Source: Bilabrum cf. latius
Taxonomy: Eukaryota
Direction of reading: 5' to 3'
NCBI GenBank assembly: GCA_965178125.1
Contig: OZ237742.1
Coordinates: 558,001 to 622,000 of the forward strand
DNA: 64,000 bases
The stretch's first letter is position 1, and every line of letters starts with the position of its first letter. The position numbers and the translations under genes were made by a program. The notes beneath the pieces are model-generated. The model searched no databases, was not told the origin of the DNA, and was given only the letters and a program-made list of their open reading frames with translations. Of this stretch, positions 12,101 through 25,105 are shown piece by piece.

Positions 12101-15100
12101 AATCTCGGAGCCAGATTGGCAGCTATACCAAGTGCGTACGACACCCTGAAGTCTGCGACTCTAGCAGCATGCTTAGCAGCTAGCTAGGTTGCGCTGAGCA
12201 GTGAGTCTGCCGTGGCCAATGCTTCCAGCGAAGACGTCGTTGGGTTGTTTTCTGATGACCAGCGCGCCTGCTTGCATTGGATTGCTTCGCACCCAGTGCC
12301 CAACGGTGAAGAATTCCAGTTTGCTGTAGAGGGGCTCGCAGGTGGCAGGTAGTACGTCGCTGCTATTGCAAGCATGTCCCTTAATGGAGGCATATCAGCA
12401 ATTTCCAACGCGGCAGTCGTTCGCACACTTGTGCCGACCTCTCCGGCACGACCGCCATTCCCACCATCGCTTGCAATTGGTACGCAGGGGCAAGCGTCCA
12501 GGAGGCTCGAAGCGACGGGGAGTAGCCGGCTCGTGCTCAATGGAGCTGAACCGGCTGCGCCCTTGTCCGCGCCAGGCCTTGCCATGGTTGCGGGCGGTGG
12601 CCACTTGTGGCTATCTGTGGCTGAGACTGGCAGTGGCGGTTTGCCGGTGACGCACTAGGTCGTGGAGCTGATTGAGCTAGTATATGGCGACAAAGCGTTT
12701 GCGATTGCTAGTGCGTTAGAAGATGCATCTTCCGCCGCTGGCTCGACAGAGTACTAGGTTGCTGCGTAGTAGGTCTTTAGCAGCCGGGGACTCTCTCGTC
12801 GCGTGGTCGGCGGGGGTTCGTTTGAGGGAGCGGCCGGCAACCGAACGGATGCGATCCTGGTAAGCGGGCTTCGTGCTGGAGCTGTCTATGCCGCTCGATC
12901 GCGCGCGGTCAACCTGGCTGGTATATCTCCGGCGTCTGCTTGGAGCGCCCCAATCCGCACAGCGCTACGTGGGGGCGTGCCGGGGCCGGTTGGCGGGGCC
13001 GCAGTGGCCGCAAACGGCAGCGAGTCTGTGCTGGTTGCTTGGACGGCGCCGCATTGGAGAAACGGACTACCAGTTGAAGCGTATGCGATTCGATTTGTGG
13101 AGCACAATGCCGTAAGAGGGCTGCTTTAGCAAACCGGCGGCGGCATTGTCTTTGAGTAGCACAGCCTCAGTACCAACGCCACAATCCGAGAGGCGGTTCT
13201 TGGTCAAACATTAGTGCCTGCGATTCCAACCATGGCTCTTGCACAAATTCACGGGCAGCCTCGGCTTGTTGAGCCGATGCATTGGAACTCATCTAACGTT
13301 CTCCTGCCTCCAGCTGCTGTGAATCACGACGTCATGTCAGAATTTAGTGCACCGGGATCATCTGGAGTCGAGCAGAACAGCTCCAAGGGAGCTCTCGCAG
13401 CCGGTATGTTCGGAGGGGGGCTGGTGACTTTCGTGGATGGGCCTGGTAGCTCGCCCCTCCAAATTCACACCGTTGGATCGCGCCTGTTAGCTCCTGATAC
13501 CCTGTATCGGCAAGGGAAGAGCAATGCCGTCATGTTCACTGGCCTTGCCAACCTGTTCGACGGCGGCGCAAGCCATGTGCCTGGCTATACGCATGGCAGG
13601 AACGAGACTGTGCTGTTTGCGTGGATTCCCCGCGCATCGGTGCCTTCTGGCAGCTTTGCGGTGTGCGTTTCTGCTGTGTCTGCGTCTGGTGAGAGCCCGA
13701 TTATGGTTGCGGCGGTGGCTAGCAGCGTTTCATCCTTAGAAGCGGCAGTTCACTCCCAGCTAAAAGAAACAGTTCGGAGACGCGCCGTTGGTCTATTTTC
13801 GTTTGAGTCTATAGCACCTGCTGGCTCCAGTGTTGAGACTGCGTTTGTTGTTGATGGTGTGCTAGCTCCGGAGGGAAACTCAGAACTGATGCCTGTCCTA
13901 CAGCTCAACGCTTCAGTCGTCCGAGCGAACCATAGTATCCGTGGCCTAGAGCCAGAAACTCTGTTTGCTTCGACAGTGGACGGAGAATCAACTGCAGCAT
14001 CTTTGTCCGATCAAGGAACGCAACTTTTCGCAGCAGCTGTGCGTCTCAGAGTCGTGGTTGATCCATCCAGCGTGCAGCAGACTAGGGAACTTCTCATCAA
14101 TATGCGTATTCGTTCAGAAAGCGGAGAAAAGCACCGCAATGTCAGTGTACCTCTTGGCCTTTCCATCAAGAGAGCTGCACAGCTGTCTTTTCCGGAAGCA
14201 CTCCGTGGCAAGAACCGCAGCCACGTGGGACTGCCTGTCGCGGTCTAGCTTGGTTTTATTGCATCGTTTGAACAGGAGTCACAGGGCTTCAACCCATTAT
14301 CGGGATCTCCACTTAAGCTGCCATCGTTGCTCGGAGGGGTATACAGAGACGATGGGACCCTTATCCAAGATAGCACGTGGTCCAGCGCTGCGAATGCCAT
14401 CAGTGCTTCGGACCCAGCCAACTATGGTTTTGAGCAAATTGTCGAGTTGGATGTTAGCGATCTAGCATCAAACGAAAGTATCGAATTGACGACTTATGCT
14501 GTCGGCTTCAGTGGTGAGCTGAGTCTTCCGGTGAGTCTGAGCACTGCCCTACATGCTAACGAAGACGCGGCTGGACCTCCCGCGATGGCGACTGCCTTCT
14601 CGAGCCCTCAGTGCTCTGGGTTGCTTGCAGTCGTCTTTTCGGATGCAATAATCCAAGAAAAGTCAGCGGGAGAGTTCCTAGTGGAGGCACGACACGCAGG
14701 CTTGACGTACCCATCAGATGAAGCTACAGAGTGGGCCTAGTCCGTGGCAGAAGATGTCACGTTTGGTGCTTCGTGGTCGCTCGTCGTGTCTGCATCAGAA
14801 GCTGAAAACACGATGCAATCGATGCTTTCTGGTTCTCATGGGGTTTACAGTCTTGGTGGGGCCTGCAACAAGGATGGAGCCTCGTCTCCTGCTGGAGGAA
14901 TTGCCACTGTGATCTCGCTGCTGGTGGATGGTTAGGGTCAGCCGCTGCCCCCCTCTTCAATGAAGTACGCCGCGATCTTATCCGGTGTTCCAGCCGGTGC
15001 CAAGCTTGATGTGTTCGTTAGCGCGCGTGACACGAATGCCACTCATGCCGTATATTTTGGACGGCCACGCGCAGCAACTGCCATCCAGCACGTCGCTCCA

Positions 15101-18100
15101 GACACAGGCGATATCCTCATGGTCAGGTCTGGAGACGAGATACAACAGCCGATCCAACCAATGGATGACCGTTCAGTAGGCTCCAATTTGCGGATTCAGA
15201 CTCAAGTCTTGAGATCTAGTGCTTATAGCAACTCCAGTGGTACCATCTCGTCGGTATCTGCCGTGGGGGTGCTGGAGGCTGGCTCTCCTTCTGCATTTCG
15301 ATGGGAGTTCAAGCCAGGTGACCGCTCTGACGGTAGGCAGCGTGATTGTGTCGTAGTCACTGCAAAAGCCCAGGCAAGCTCAGAATTGAATGAAACTGCT
15401 GCGTTCAATCCATTCTTGGATGGTGCTGCCGGCTTCGCACCCATGGAGCGTATCGGCGTGTCTCGATGCGGTTGGATGATGCTCCACGTATCGCCTAAAG
15501 CAGCCCTCGGGGGGATGTCTGGCCAACTGTATGAAATTTCAGTAGTGCCGATCTCAAAGAGATACGTTTCGGTTGGTTTTGGAGGTACAGCTGCTCTGCT
15601 GCCAACGGTGGGCCCTGCAAGTGCAGCAGTCGCGCAGGGCAGTGCTGGAACGGTAGTCGTCGAGACTACTTCAGGAGCAGCCACTCTACAGATGCCGCCT
15701 CCTATGTGGCACGGCGGACGCGTACCGTCATCAATTCATATTCTTGCTCTAGCACTCGGCAACTCGAGCGAATCGTATTAGGTTCTGATTGGTGTTCTTG
15801 ACTCAGCTGGGCCGGTTGGACTTAGCCACTCGTGTTCAGTACAGTCGTCAAACGTGCCGACGAGTTGGATCAGTGGTAGCCACGCAGCTGATGCCGACTA
15901 GTCACCACTGTGCACTCTTTGTGCGCAGTCTATCGATGCTCAAACATCTCCCCTGTCTGCTTGGCCTGTCTGTGTTGGCGACCTGCTGTCCGGAGCCGGC
16001 AGCTCACTTGCCCTTGATGCGGAAGACCATGTCTCTGAATCTGTCTCGGTGCCCGATCCCAAGGGAGGTGGTGTCGGCCACTGGATCAAGATCAGCGTTG
16101 GGGCTGATCTGGTCAGCGGTGCATACGGGCAGCCTCTGAAACTGACAGGCCTAGGGCCATCTGCGGCGTTCTCGTTCCAGGCTAGCGTGGCCCTCACTAG
16201 CGCAGGTGGCATAAACTCGACCTAGCTGAATGCTGGAATGCAGCGTGCATTCGCTGAAGGTTTGCCGGAACTCGAACTAGACATTGGAAGCGGGGTTGTA
16301 AGGCAAGGCATGGAGTCATCGTCGACTGCGAGTGCTAGAATCGAATCGGTCCGTCAGGTACTAGCTCACAGCTTGTCTAGGGGCAACACGTCTATGGGTC
16401 CGATCGTCGCAGGACCTGTGCGACTTGGAGCTTCTGCTGCGCCTCAGGCACCCAATACCCCGCTTGCCTTTGCGGCAGGTGCAGATTCGTCCATTTTGCT
16501 ATTCCAGGCACCACTTGATACTGGGGGAAATCCGATCGAAGCGTTTGAAGTCTTCGTTGAGTAGATTGAAGGCGAGGCAGATTCAAGCCCCTCACCTGGA
16601 CTTGCCCCAGCCGTTATCAGTAGCATGCACAGCGCCGGCGTCCTTCGCACGAACGGTGATGTGCTGCGCTGGAACCAATCCGCGCTTGCTCCTCCTCTCC
16701 CAGAGTGGTCATCGGTTGCAGCCAGGGCAGACGCGTCCAGGGCATTTATCATCGGTACTTCTCAAAGCGACAGGATTCTTATGTCTCTCGTCGGCCTCAC
16801 AGGTGCACCACAGGATGCAACGAGCGTGGTCGGTGGATCCTTCGGTTTCAGCCCAGCTAGTGTCGCATCCCTTGACGATCTGAAGGACCCAGAAGGCGAC
16901 TGGTTGGCATGCTCTGTCTTTGGTCTTGAGGCATCTAGTGCCTACAGGTTTGCCTTGACTGCAATTTCATCGGCTGGTGTTTCAGATGCGAGCCCACTAT
17001 CGGCTGCTATTGATACATTAGACGCAGTCCAATCCTCTGCAATCGAGGACTTGCGCGTGGTAGCTCCAAGTGAGATTGGCGTCGCAGATCCGTCCGGCGT
17101 TGAGTCATGGGAACACCCATCTGACGGAGTTATGCTGGAGTGGAGTCTGCCTGCTACAACAGGAGGCCGTAAGCTGGGGGGTTTCATCGTGCAAGCGAAT
17201 CGAAGCTCGTGTGGTGTATCGGGAGAAAGTGCCACCGCTGCTGGGGTGGAGCAGGAACTGTCACTGTACGTCCCTATCTGTGGGTTCGAGGAGGTTGTCA
17301 CCTATGGCCATCCTTCTGCTACTGCAGCTGATCGCAGGCGCATGACAGCTGTGGGGGTATCTTCATGGCCCGGGTGGTTTTCTGATGGTACATCCACCTC
17401 CGGTGCCGCATGCGAACGTCCTGATAATATATATCGGGCTGGTTTGCTGGAAAAGGTCCCGCACTGTGCCTGCCTTTTAACAGGCCCTGCTGGATCTTCG
17501 TCGGCCGCTGGACCGGTGCTTGCTCCAACAGTGGAAGAGACCCTGCGAAGCAGCCTCGGTACACTGCTTTCCTCGATGGGGCTATCAGGTGTCCCACGCA
17601 GAAGCACTACCAAGTTCCGATTCGTGCTATCGCGCCTGCTTGGCGGAGAGTGCTACGATAACATCACCGTAGCTGCCGTGTCGGACTCAGGAATCGTCGG
17701 CATTGGCTTGCCAGCTCTCGACTCTCGACGAGACCTGTCCCGAGCATCTGCTGGTCGCATGATCCGCCAACGCCCCGGGTCAATGATGCCAAAGCGCCTG
17801 TCGATCCGAACTGCGCTGCCAAGCATCGATCGGCCGCCATCGCCGCCCTTCCGGCCTTCCATTACTTCGCCCTCGTCGTCCAACATGACTTCAAGTTGGC
17901 TGGCCCCTGAAATCTTGCATGGCACATCTCTATCGCATTATGAAGTTGAGGGAACCGTGATTCGCGTGGGGGGTGGCAGCACGGTGGGTGGCAGCGGCAG
18001 CGGCAACCCGTACACCCGGTACTCGTCCGTTCCTGCTCCCGCCTTTGCTGATCTGTTTTCCTGCAGCGGTGCTTTATCCTATGGATTCCAGCGATCGTCG

Positions 18101-21100
18101 TGGTTTTTGGAAGGCAGAATCAGGGGTGACTGGCCAACTGACCTGGCACCAGTGGTCCCGAGTGTCTTTTGGCCGTCCAAGCCGTAGTCTACAGAGCTGC
18201 TCGCAGACCTCCGTGCGGCTACACCGTACATGTGGCGCGTCGTGGCTGTTGGGGCTGGTCGAGCAGACGGTCTTGAGAATGCGAGCAACATATCATCTTC
18301 TCGGCGCCTAGAAAACGCGGATCGTCGCGCCAGCGCACCCTCGCAGTCTAGCCATGCGTCACTTACGCTTGCAGCCAAGGATCCAGGCAAGCCGATCTTG
18401 AGCATTCCCGGAGTCCAGGAGGGTCTCAACGGAACCGAGCTGCCTGTTCAGTGGACCGACGCTCGCTCTTAGCACGGGAATTTGTTTGTGGATGTGACGC
18501 CCCCGGATGATTTGGGTGGACAGTCAGTGATGTGCGTTGAATTTGACTTTGCCATCGCTGGGATGCTTACTGACATTCCAAAGGACCACATAAGTGGGGG
18601 CTGGAGCCGAGCGTTGCCGTACCTCTTCGGCCAAGGGGAATCGATATATGACTAGGTAGATGCAGCATACGCTGCTTTGAACTTGGAATCGCCAGCTGGA
18701 TCGCTCGATTCCCTAACTGCGGGGGATTGGCCCGGCAATTTTGGCCGTGATCCGCGGGTTTCTGGCAACGATGCGCATGAGGTGTGGGAGGCCGTGAGCC
18801 GGGGAGCATGGCCTTGGCTGGCAGCCTTGGGGCTCCATGGGGCCGAGCACAGCTGGCCTGCGCGGGCAACCCTGTCACCAAGCACGTGGCTTGCAACTTA
18901 GACTCCCAACAGCGTCGACCAGCCTTTAGCTCCGCCCGCCAGGCTGCGCCCTGATTCAGCCAGGCGGAGGACGCAGCGGACAAAGTGCGTGCTTCCATAC
19001 TCTCCGTTCCTTACAAACGGACCGCCGCGGACCTCAAATGGGTCTTTGTATCCCACGGACTCACCCGAGCTTGTGACCGTGTACGACTCTGACTAGCCAT
19101 GGAGCCTACCTGGTGGCCTCAGCAGCACCGAGGCCCTTTACGCACTGCAAGAGTCTCTGTCCACGCCTGCGTTCGGATCTCTTTAGGACCGATGGAGCAA
19201 TCTCGATTTAGAGGATCCGCTAGCGTCGCTTGTTGATGTCATGTCGCTGCATGGGCAAAATGTTTCTGATACTACGGCTAGTGCGTTCCAGTGGCCTGGA
19301 CCAGGTGTCGCAAGACAGCATCCGCTGAGGGTCTCGATTGACGTCCGTGCCTCCACCTTGCTCTTCGCAAGGGCACGCATCGCAACTGGAACGATCGCTC
19401 CTGTACCCATTGGCGGCACCGCAGTGGCAGCAACTGAACCCAGGAGCCAGCCACTGCCTTGGCGGCGTACAGAGTCTCAGTATGAGTGTGATGCGTCAGG
19501 TTATAGCCCGTAGAATCCACTGAATGTTACCATGACTGAGTTGGACCACGGACAAGTCATGGTCATACCTGACGGATCCATGCAACAGACTGCGCCGATC
19601 AAATGCTCGCCTCACTTGAGTCGAGTTTTGGAGTCGAAACCAGCTGGGACTCGTCGGTTGGACTACGTCACAGACGCGAGATTCCGCTGGTAGGTTTCAG
19701 ACTTCAGGCAAAGCCCTTTTTCAGACGGCATTGCTATCCTTCCGCCAGCCCGCAAGGTACCGGCCCTGGCAGGTCCTCGTGTACTGGGTGGACTGTCTCA
19801 TGATACGGTGCGGATTAGAGTGGACGGAGTTGCGACCAACGATGGTGGTTCTCCAGTGTAGTCGGTGAAGATATACAGGTCTCGTTTCCTGTCCGAGGTG
19901 CCTGAGTCACAGCGCCCGGCTTAGTATCCTCAGCATCTCCTGCCGCACTCTGGACCCTTGCCAGCCGGCGCTGCAGGGCACGGCTGGAGCTCGGAGACGC
20001 TCATCTTTGAAAGGCATGACGACATGTCAGCAAGGCATGCTGCTCGGCAGGCTGCGTGGGCACGCTTGACTCGATACTATGAGAACACGTTGCAGCAAGC
20101 CAGCGACGTGGACAGAATTTCTGTCTAGGATATGCCAGCCCCGTACAACGGCTCGTTCGTTCCTCCGCCCGGATTCAACACGAGCACTGGCGAAGAATCT
20201 TTTCCTTAGGTGTGGCTGGCAGACTGGGGCGTCGACCAGGACAAGTGGAATACCGGTGCTCGATAGGCAGGAGATCCAATGGATAGAATGGTGCCCGGCG
20301 CACGGCTGCAGCTCACCGATGCGGGCTTGCGCCGTGCCACCAGGTACCGCTATAGGGCAGAGGTGTTTAACAGCCTTGGTTCAAGCGGTAGGACCAATGT
20401 GCTCGGTCTGGCGGATTCACTGGACCGGCTGCAACTGGAGGTGGAGACGTTACCGTTACCACCGAGCGTGCCTCGAGACGTTCGCCGTGACTCTGGACTG
20501 GACATTCCAGTGGCCATTGGGCTATCATGGACCCTGCCTGTCGATGATGGCGGCAGGGAAATCACCGGGTACCATGTGTGGGCGATCGACCAGGAGACCA
20601 AGGAGCGGGTGGAGACTGCAACGGTGGCTATAGTATCGGCAGCATCTGGCACTTTCTCGAGAGTTCGAGCACGAATTACTGGGCTGAGCTGGAGCACCAA
20701 CCACACGTTTTAGGTTGCAGCTGTGAATGAGCAAGGGGTTGGAGCACGGTCAGCGGTCGTGCAAGCTGTCACTCCGGACCCCTTGCCTTGTCCATCGAAT
20801 TGCTCGTACAACCTTGGCAGGGGCAAGTGTCACGCATGGAATGGCTCCTGTACCTGCAATTTGGGCTGGGCAATGCCAAACTGCCACGACTTGGCTGGTC
20901 CAGAGGTCAGTATCGACCTGATCGTATCAGACAGGTCGTACGCGTGGCATCCGAGTGCCAACTCAGCTTCGACTCCCGAGATGCCTTTCACGCAGGGCAG
21001 TGGAAAGCTGCCTGCTTCTCCAGTTGCCGATGTGATATAGCTATCGCCCTCGGTGGGCTTCTTCAGGTAGCTATCTGGCAGCGATGAAGACTCTGAACCT

Positions 21101-24100
21101 GGATACGTTCTGCATACCAGTCGTGCCCAGTAGCTCATGGGCGTGCCGGTCACGTCCGGGCATCGAGGTAATGATTACCTCTCGCGCTTCTAGCGGAGCC
21201 GATCTCTCGCCGAGAAACAGATGAAGGCTGCCTATGGCAAGTTCTGGGGTAACGTGCGAGGCGGTCAGCAGGGCATTATTCGTGGTAGTCGTGGGTCGTG
21301 GAGCGCATCTCTGAATTCGATGCACAGTCTTGCAGCCTGGTACTGGTCTGATCCTGCGCCTGATGCGAATGAGCTCGATGGTGCTGTCAAGTTTGAAATG
21401 AGTACAGAAGACACTAGCAATTAGGGGAGTACCACGTTTGCACCTGGTCGCTCGTTGCATAGCGGCCACACTGGTGAGCATTTTGTGTGGAGAGAAGATG
21501 CCTTGTAGCTGTTTCTTACCTAGCTAGGCGATGCATTAGAGCCCGGCGAGTCAGAGACGCGGAATGCAGTTGCAGCTAGGCGACTTCTTCTGACCGACAG
21601 CGTTAGGACAAGGATTGCAGCGACAGTCTCGGGTGGGTACGGAAGGCAGGCGCTTGGCCGTCAACCCACGGCTTCTGACAGTGTCTGGAGAGTCAGTATC
21701 AAGATTGCTTTGATGGCCTGCGGCAGCGTTCATGTTGCGAATGCTGACAAGCAGCACTGCACGCCATCGAGCGATGTTCTAGATCGTCTTCGATCTGATT
21801 TTACGGTACTTCCTGATTTGAGCCGAATTGGCATCGAATAGCTCGCATTTCAGCACAACGGCGGGACGTTCACACTGAATCCGACGAGGACGAGCTGCGA
21901 GCTGCGCATAACATGCGACTCGTGCCTTGCGATGGTTTCTGGGGCCTGCGGGTGGTGCTCCGCCACACAGTCGTGCGTCGCGGGAGATGGGTCTGGGCCG
22001 GCTGTGTCGAACCCGGTCTGTGGCGTGCAGCCCATCGTGATTGATGAGCTAGTCAGCACGTATGGTCCCCCTGCTGGCCTGACACCGATGCCTCCGTCCC
22101 TCGTGGACACTTTGACGAGCGGCGCAAGTGCTGGCGATGATGACTTGCCTGGAAATGATGCTGTCCTGAATGTTGACCTCTCAGCGCAGCTGGTCAACAA
22201 TTACTACGATGCTGGCTTCTACAGGCACTATCTAGCTAGCCCGGTTTCCGGGAGGTCGAGATGCCCGTTCAGCTGCTAGCTTTACTCTGATTGCGATGCA
22301 TGCAACGATAACATCAATTGCGGTTGGTGTGAGACCACCGACGAATGCGTGTCAATCTCAGCGGTACAGGTAGAGTACGAAGGTACCGAGCCCGTGGAGG
22401 AGGGCGAGGGCCTGGTATACAGCAATTCTCCCCAATGCAGAGGCTCTGTGCTGGTCGATCAGGACATGTGTCCGGCTAGTCGATGCCGTAGGCTGCAGTC
22501 GTTCGGTGAATGCAGCCAGGACACGTCTTGCGGGTGGTGCTCAAACCGCACAGTTGCCATCAGTACCGACCGTGGCCCGTATTGCTTCGAAGGCGATTCG
22601 TTTGGTCCCGTGAATGGTGCTTGTGCGAGCGGCTAGGTCTACATGTACAGGCAGGCCAGGAGCTGCGAAATTGATTCCAGCCTCGTGGGGGCGTGCTCTG
22701 CGTGCATACAGCAGGCGAGCTGTGGCTGGTGCGAAGAAACCCAGCGGTGCGGCGTGTCTCTGTTCGGGATTGAGCCGTCCGCTGGTTCCGATTAGAGCGG
22801 GCTGAGCCGCTTGGCGCGTGGTAGCTGTCCAGGGCCCCGGTTCATAGACTAGGTATCCCTGTCTGCCGGCATCGAATGCCCGCTGCTGGAAGCAGACAGG
22901 CGGAAGGTGTGCGAATCCTTCAATCGGCAGATGTAGGATGGCCTGGCGAGCAGCGAGATCGAAGCCCTCGCCAAGGGACCCACTCAGTCCACCGAGTCGA
23001 GGACGTGCGCCAGCTGCCTGGGGTTGGACTACTGTGGCTGGTGTCCTTCAGTCAATGGCACCGGCAGGTGCATTCTCATGGATGATGCCAGGCAACCGGG
23101 GCTGCACATGGGAGACCCCGGGTACTGCCCTGCGGTACAGGCTGTGATCGACCTGGACGGCACTCGAGGCAGCCCGACGTTGGGAGGCTTCGACCTGGCG
23201 CCCATCGTGCGACCGTCTCAGATCGCGGCAACCCAGGTGCAATGCCCGGCTCGGTGCCCTCAGCGCAGCGTCCGCATGAATGCTGGAGGCAACATCACGC
23301 ACGGCACTCCAATTGGCACGTCGGGGCTGTTTGACAGTGTGTACAAGCCTGGCGATGTCTGCACGTGGGAGATTGATCCATTGGGCATTCACGCGCTGGA
23401 TGGACAAACGCAGACGGTGGGCCGAAGCAACGATCACAGGCTCAATACGATCACGTTCACCGCAATCCACATCCGTTTGCAACCGGGTGACTCGCTTAGC
23501 GTGTACACGAGCCCGCGCCCTTGGATGGTCTACGAGCCATCTTCCACGGCTCAACTGAGCAACGACCCGAATTCCATGCTTTCCGTCCCCGCAAATAACG
23601 ACGAAAACCTTTTAGTACGGTACATCGGCGGAGACACCGAAGAGCACCCGGGTGAAGGTCGGGAGTTCTCGAACACGGATGGGGCATACCTGTGGGTAGA
23701 GCTGCATGCTGCCGGCACCTCGGGGCAAGGTGGCCGTGGGTTTCATGCTACTTACTCGGCGAAGTATGAGAACCCCTTCAACGTCTACCTCATCCTGGCA
23801 GTGGTGGTGTGCATTGCAGCAGGCTGTGTGATGCTAGTGTGCGGCGTCAAGAAGGTCATGTCGTACGTTCGCGACAACCGGGACCAGGGCATGGGACCTC
23901 CTGGCGGGTTTGACGTTGAGGAGAACGATGCGGATCTTGCGGAGATGGAAGAAGATGCCGAGAGGAATGGTGAGGCTTGTCCTGACTTTGTGATACAGAG
24001 TTTCCCTGCCTGGCACCACGATGAGGACAAGCGAGGGCAGACGCCCCTGAAGGACATCGCCAAGGAGGACCTCACCTGCCCCATCTCCCAGGAGGACTTC

Positions 24101-25105
24101 AAGAAGGGCGACCCCATCCGCATTCTGCCGTGCAAGCACTTCTTCAGCGCGGATGCGATCGATCAGTGGCTGCGACTGCGGCAGGCTTGCCCCTTGTGCA
24201 AGCGCAGCGCCACCGAGATGTACCTTGAGTGGGCTTCCAAGGTGGATGCGGGAGAGGAGGATCCGCTCAAGCTCGGCCCCGGCGTGAAGAAATACAAGAA
24301 AGTGGCTGCTGCAGCCGGTGAGAGGAGACAGGCACAAGCTTCATCCGGCGCTGGGGCTGATGATCACTTGGATTCGGATACTGGTAGCTCTTCTGAGGAC
24401 GAGGAGACGGAGCACGGTGTAGGTGCCTTGGAGAGAACCGAGTTTACTGCCATCAACCCGCTGGCTGTGCGGGGCAGAGTAGGACGCGGCGACCGGGGTA
24501 CTTCGAGCGGTGACGGCTCTCGCGCGCATCAGCGCGACCGAAACGCTGGGCATGGGCACTCTGAATAGGGTGACGAATCTGAGCACCACACTGTTGCCGC
24601 CCGGCTGCAAGAGCTGCTGGGCCGATCCAGGCCTGGTCCCGAGGCAATCACGCCAAGGGGAGAAAGGGAGGCTGCCCAGCGAATGGGACGGCACGTACGG
24701 AGCGAAAGAGGAGACGATGGACAGGAGAAGTTTGTAAATCCACTCGCGGCTCGTTCACGTGGTGCGGAACCAAAAGAACTAGACGAGACCCAGGCCAGTG
24801 CTGCAGGGGCTGCTGGTCCAGAGGTAGCGGCGTAGGATGAAGCTACCATGTCCGCATTTATGGGGTAGAATTCAGCTGGTGAGGTTGCCTAGAAGATAGA
24901 TGGAGCAGCCATGATTGCGTCGCGCACCGGGCCTCCTAGTTCTGAGATAGGGGCTGATGCTGCTTCCCGAATGACGTTCTCAGCAGCAAACCCAATGCTT
25001 GCGGCCGGCGGTGGGACAGCTGGAAGGCGTCGTCCAGCCCTTGCCGGGGAGGAGGATGGTGAAGAGGAAGCCAGCCGGAGGCGCACTGTGAGCATGCCGG
25101 ACTGA
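6131..25105 (+). CDS. Giant (~6,290 aa) type-I membrane protein: signal peptide, FG-GAP-like repeats, Cys-rich/EGF-like, many FN3 domains, EGF, 5 PSI-like domains, CUB, TM helix, cytoplasmic RING-like domain
   Basis: Exon 1 is 6131-6194 (MPRGLLCITFLSILHIQAQN), followed by intron 6195-6305. Then 26 ORF-track fragments lie in one frame; 25 end in TAG and the last ends in TGA. Motifs: FGASVAL..LVVGAP, WSPPVDDGG, GLNHSTSYRFAVAAAN, CPSNCS..GKC..CTCNLGW, CGWC x5, YKPGDVCTWEI..GRGFHATY, TM at ~23783-23850, RING-like at 24077-24199. Confidence 0.88.

Noticed and set aside
12656-12658. FN3 context GGLPVTH*VVE, where Tyr is usual (UAG=Tyr)
   Set aside because: This is a single site in divergent FN3 repeats whose equivalent position varies (e.g. 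LLGQVVE at ~10706 has CAG). Most other contexts fit Gln.
6308-25105. Cluster of many small genes, or one large pseudogene
   Set aside because: All fragments share one frame, every internal break is TAG, and there are no frameshifts or TAA/TGA. Random decay would not produce this.
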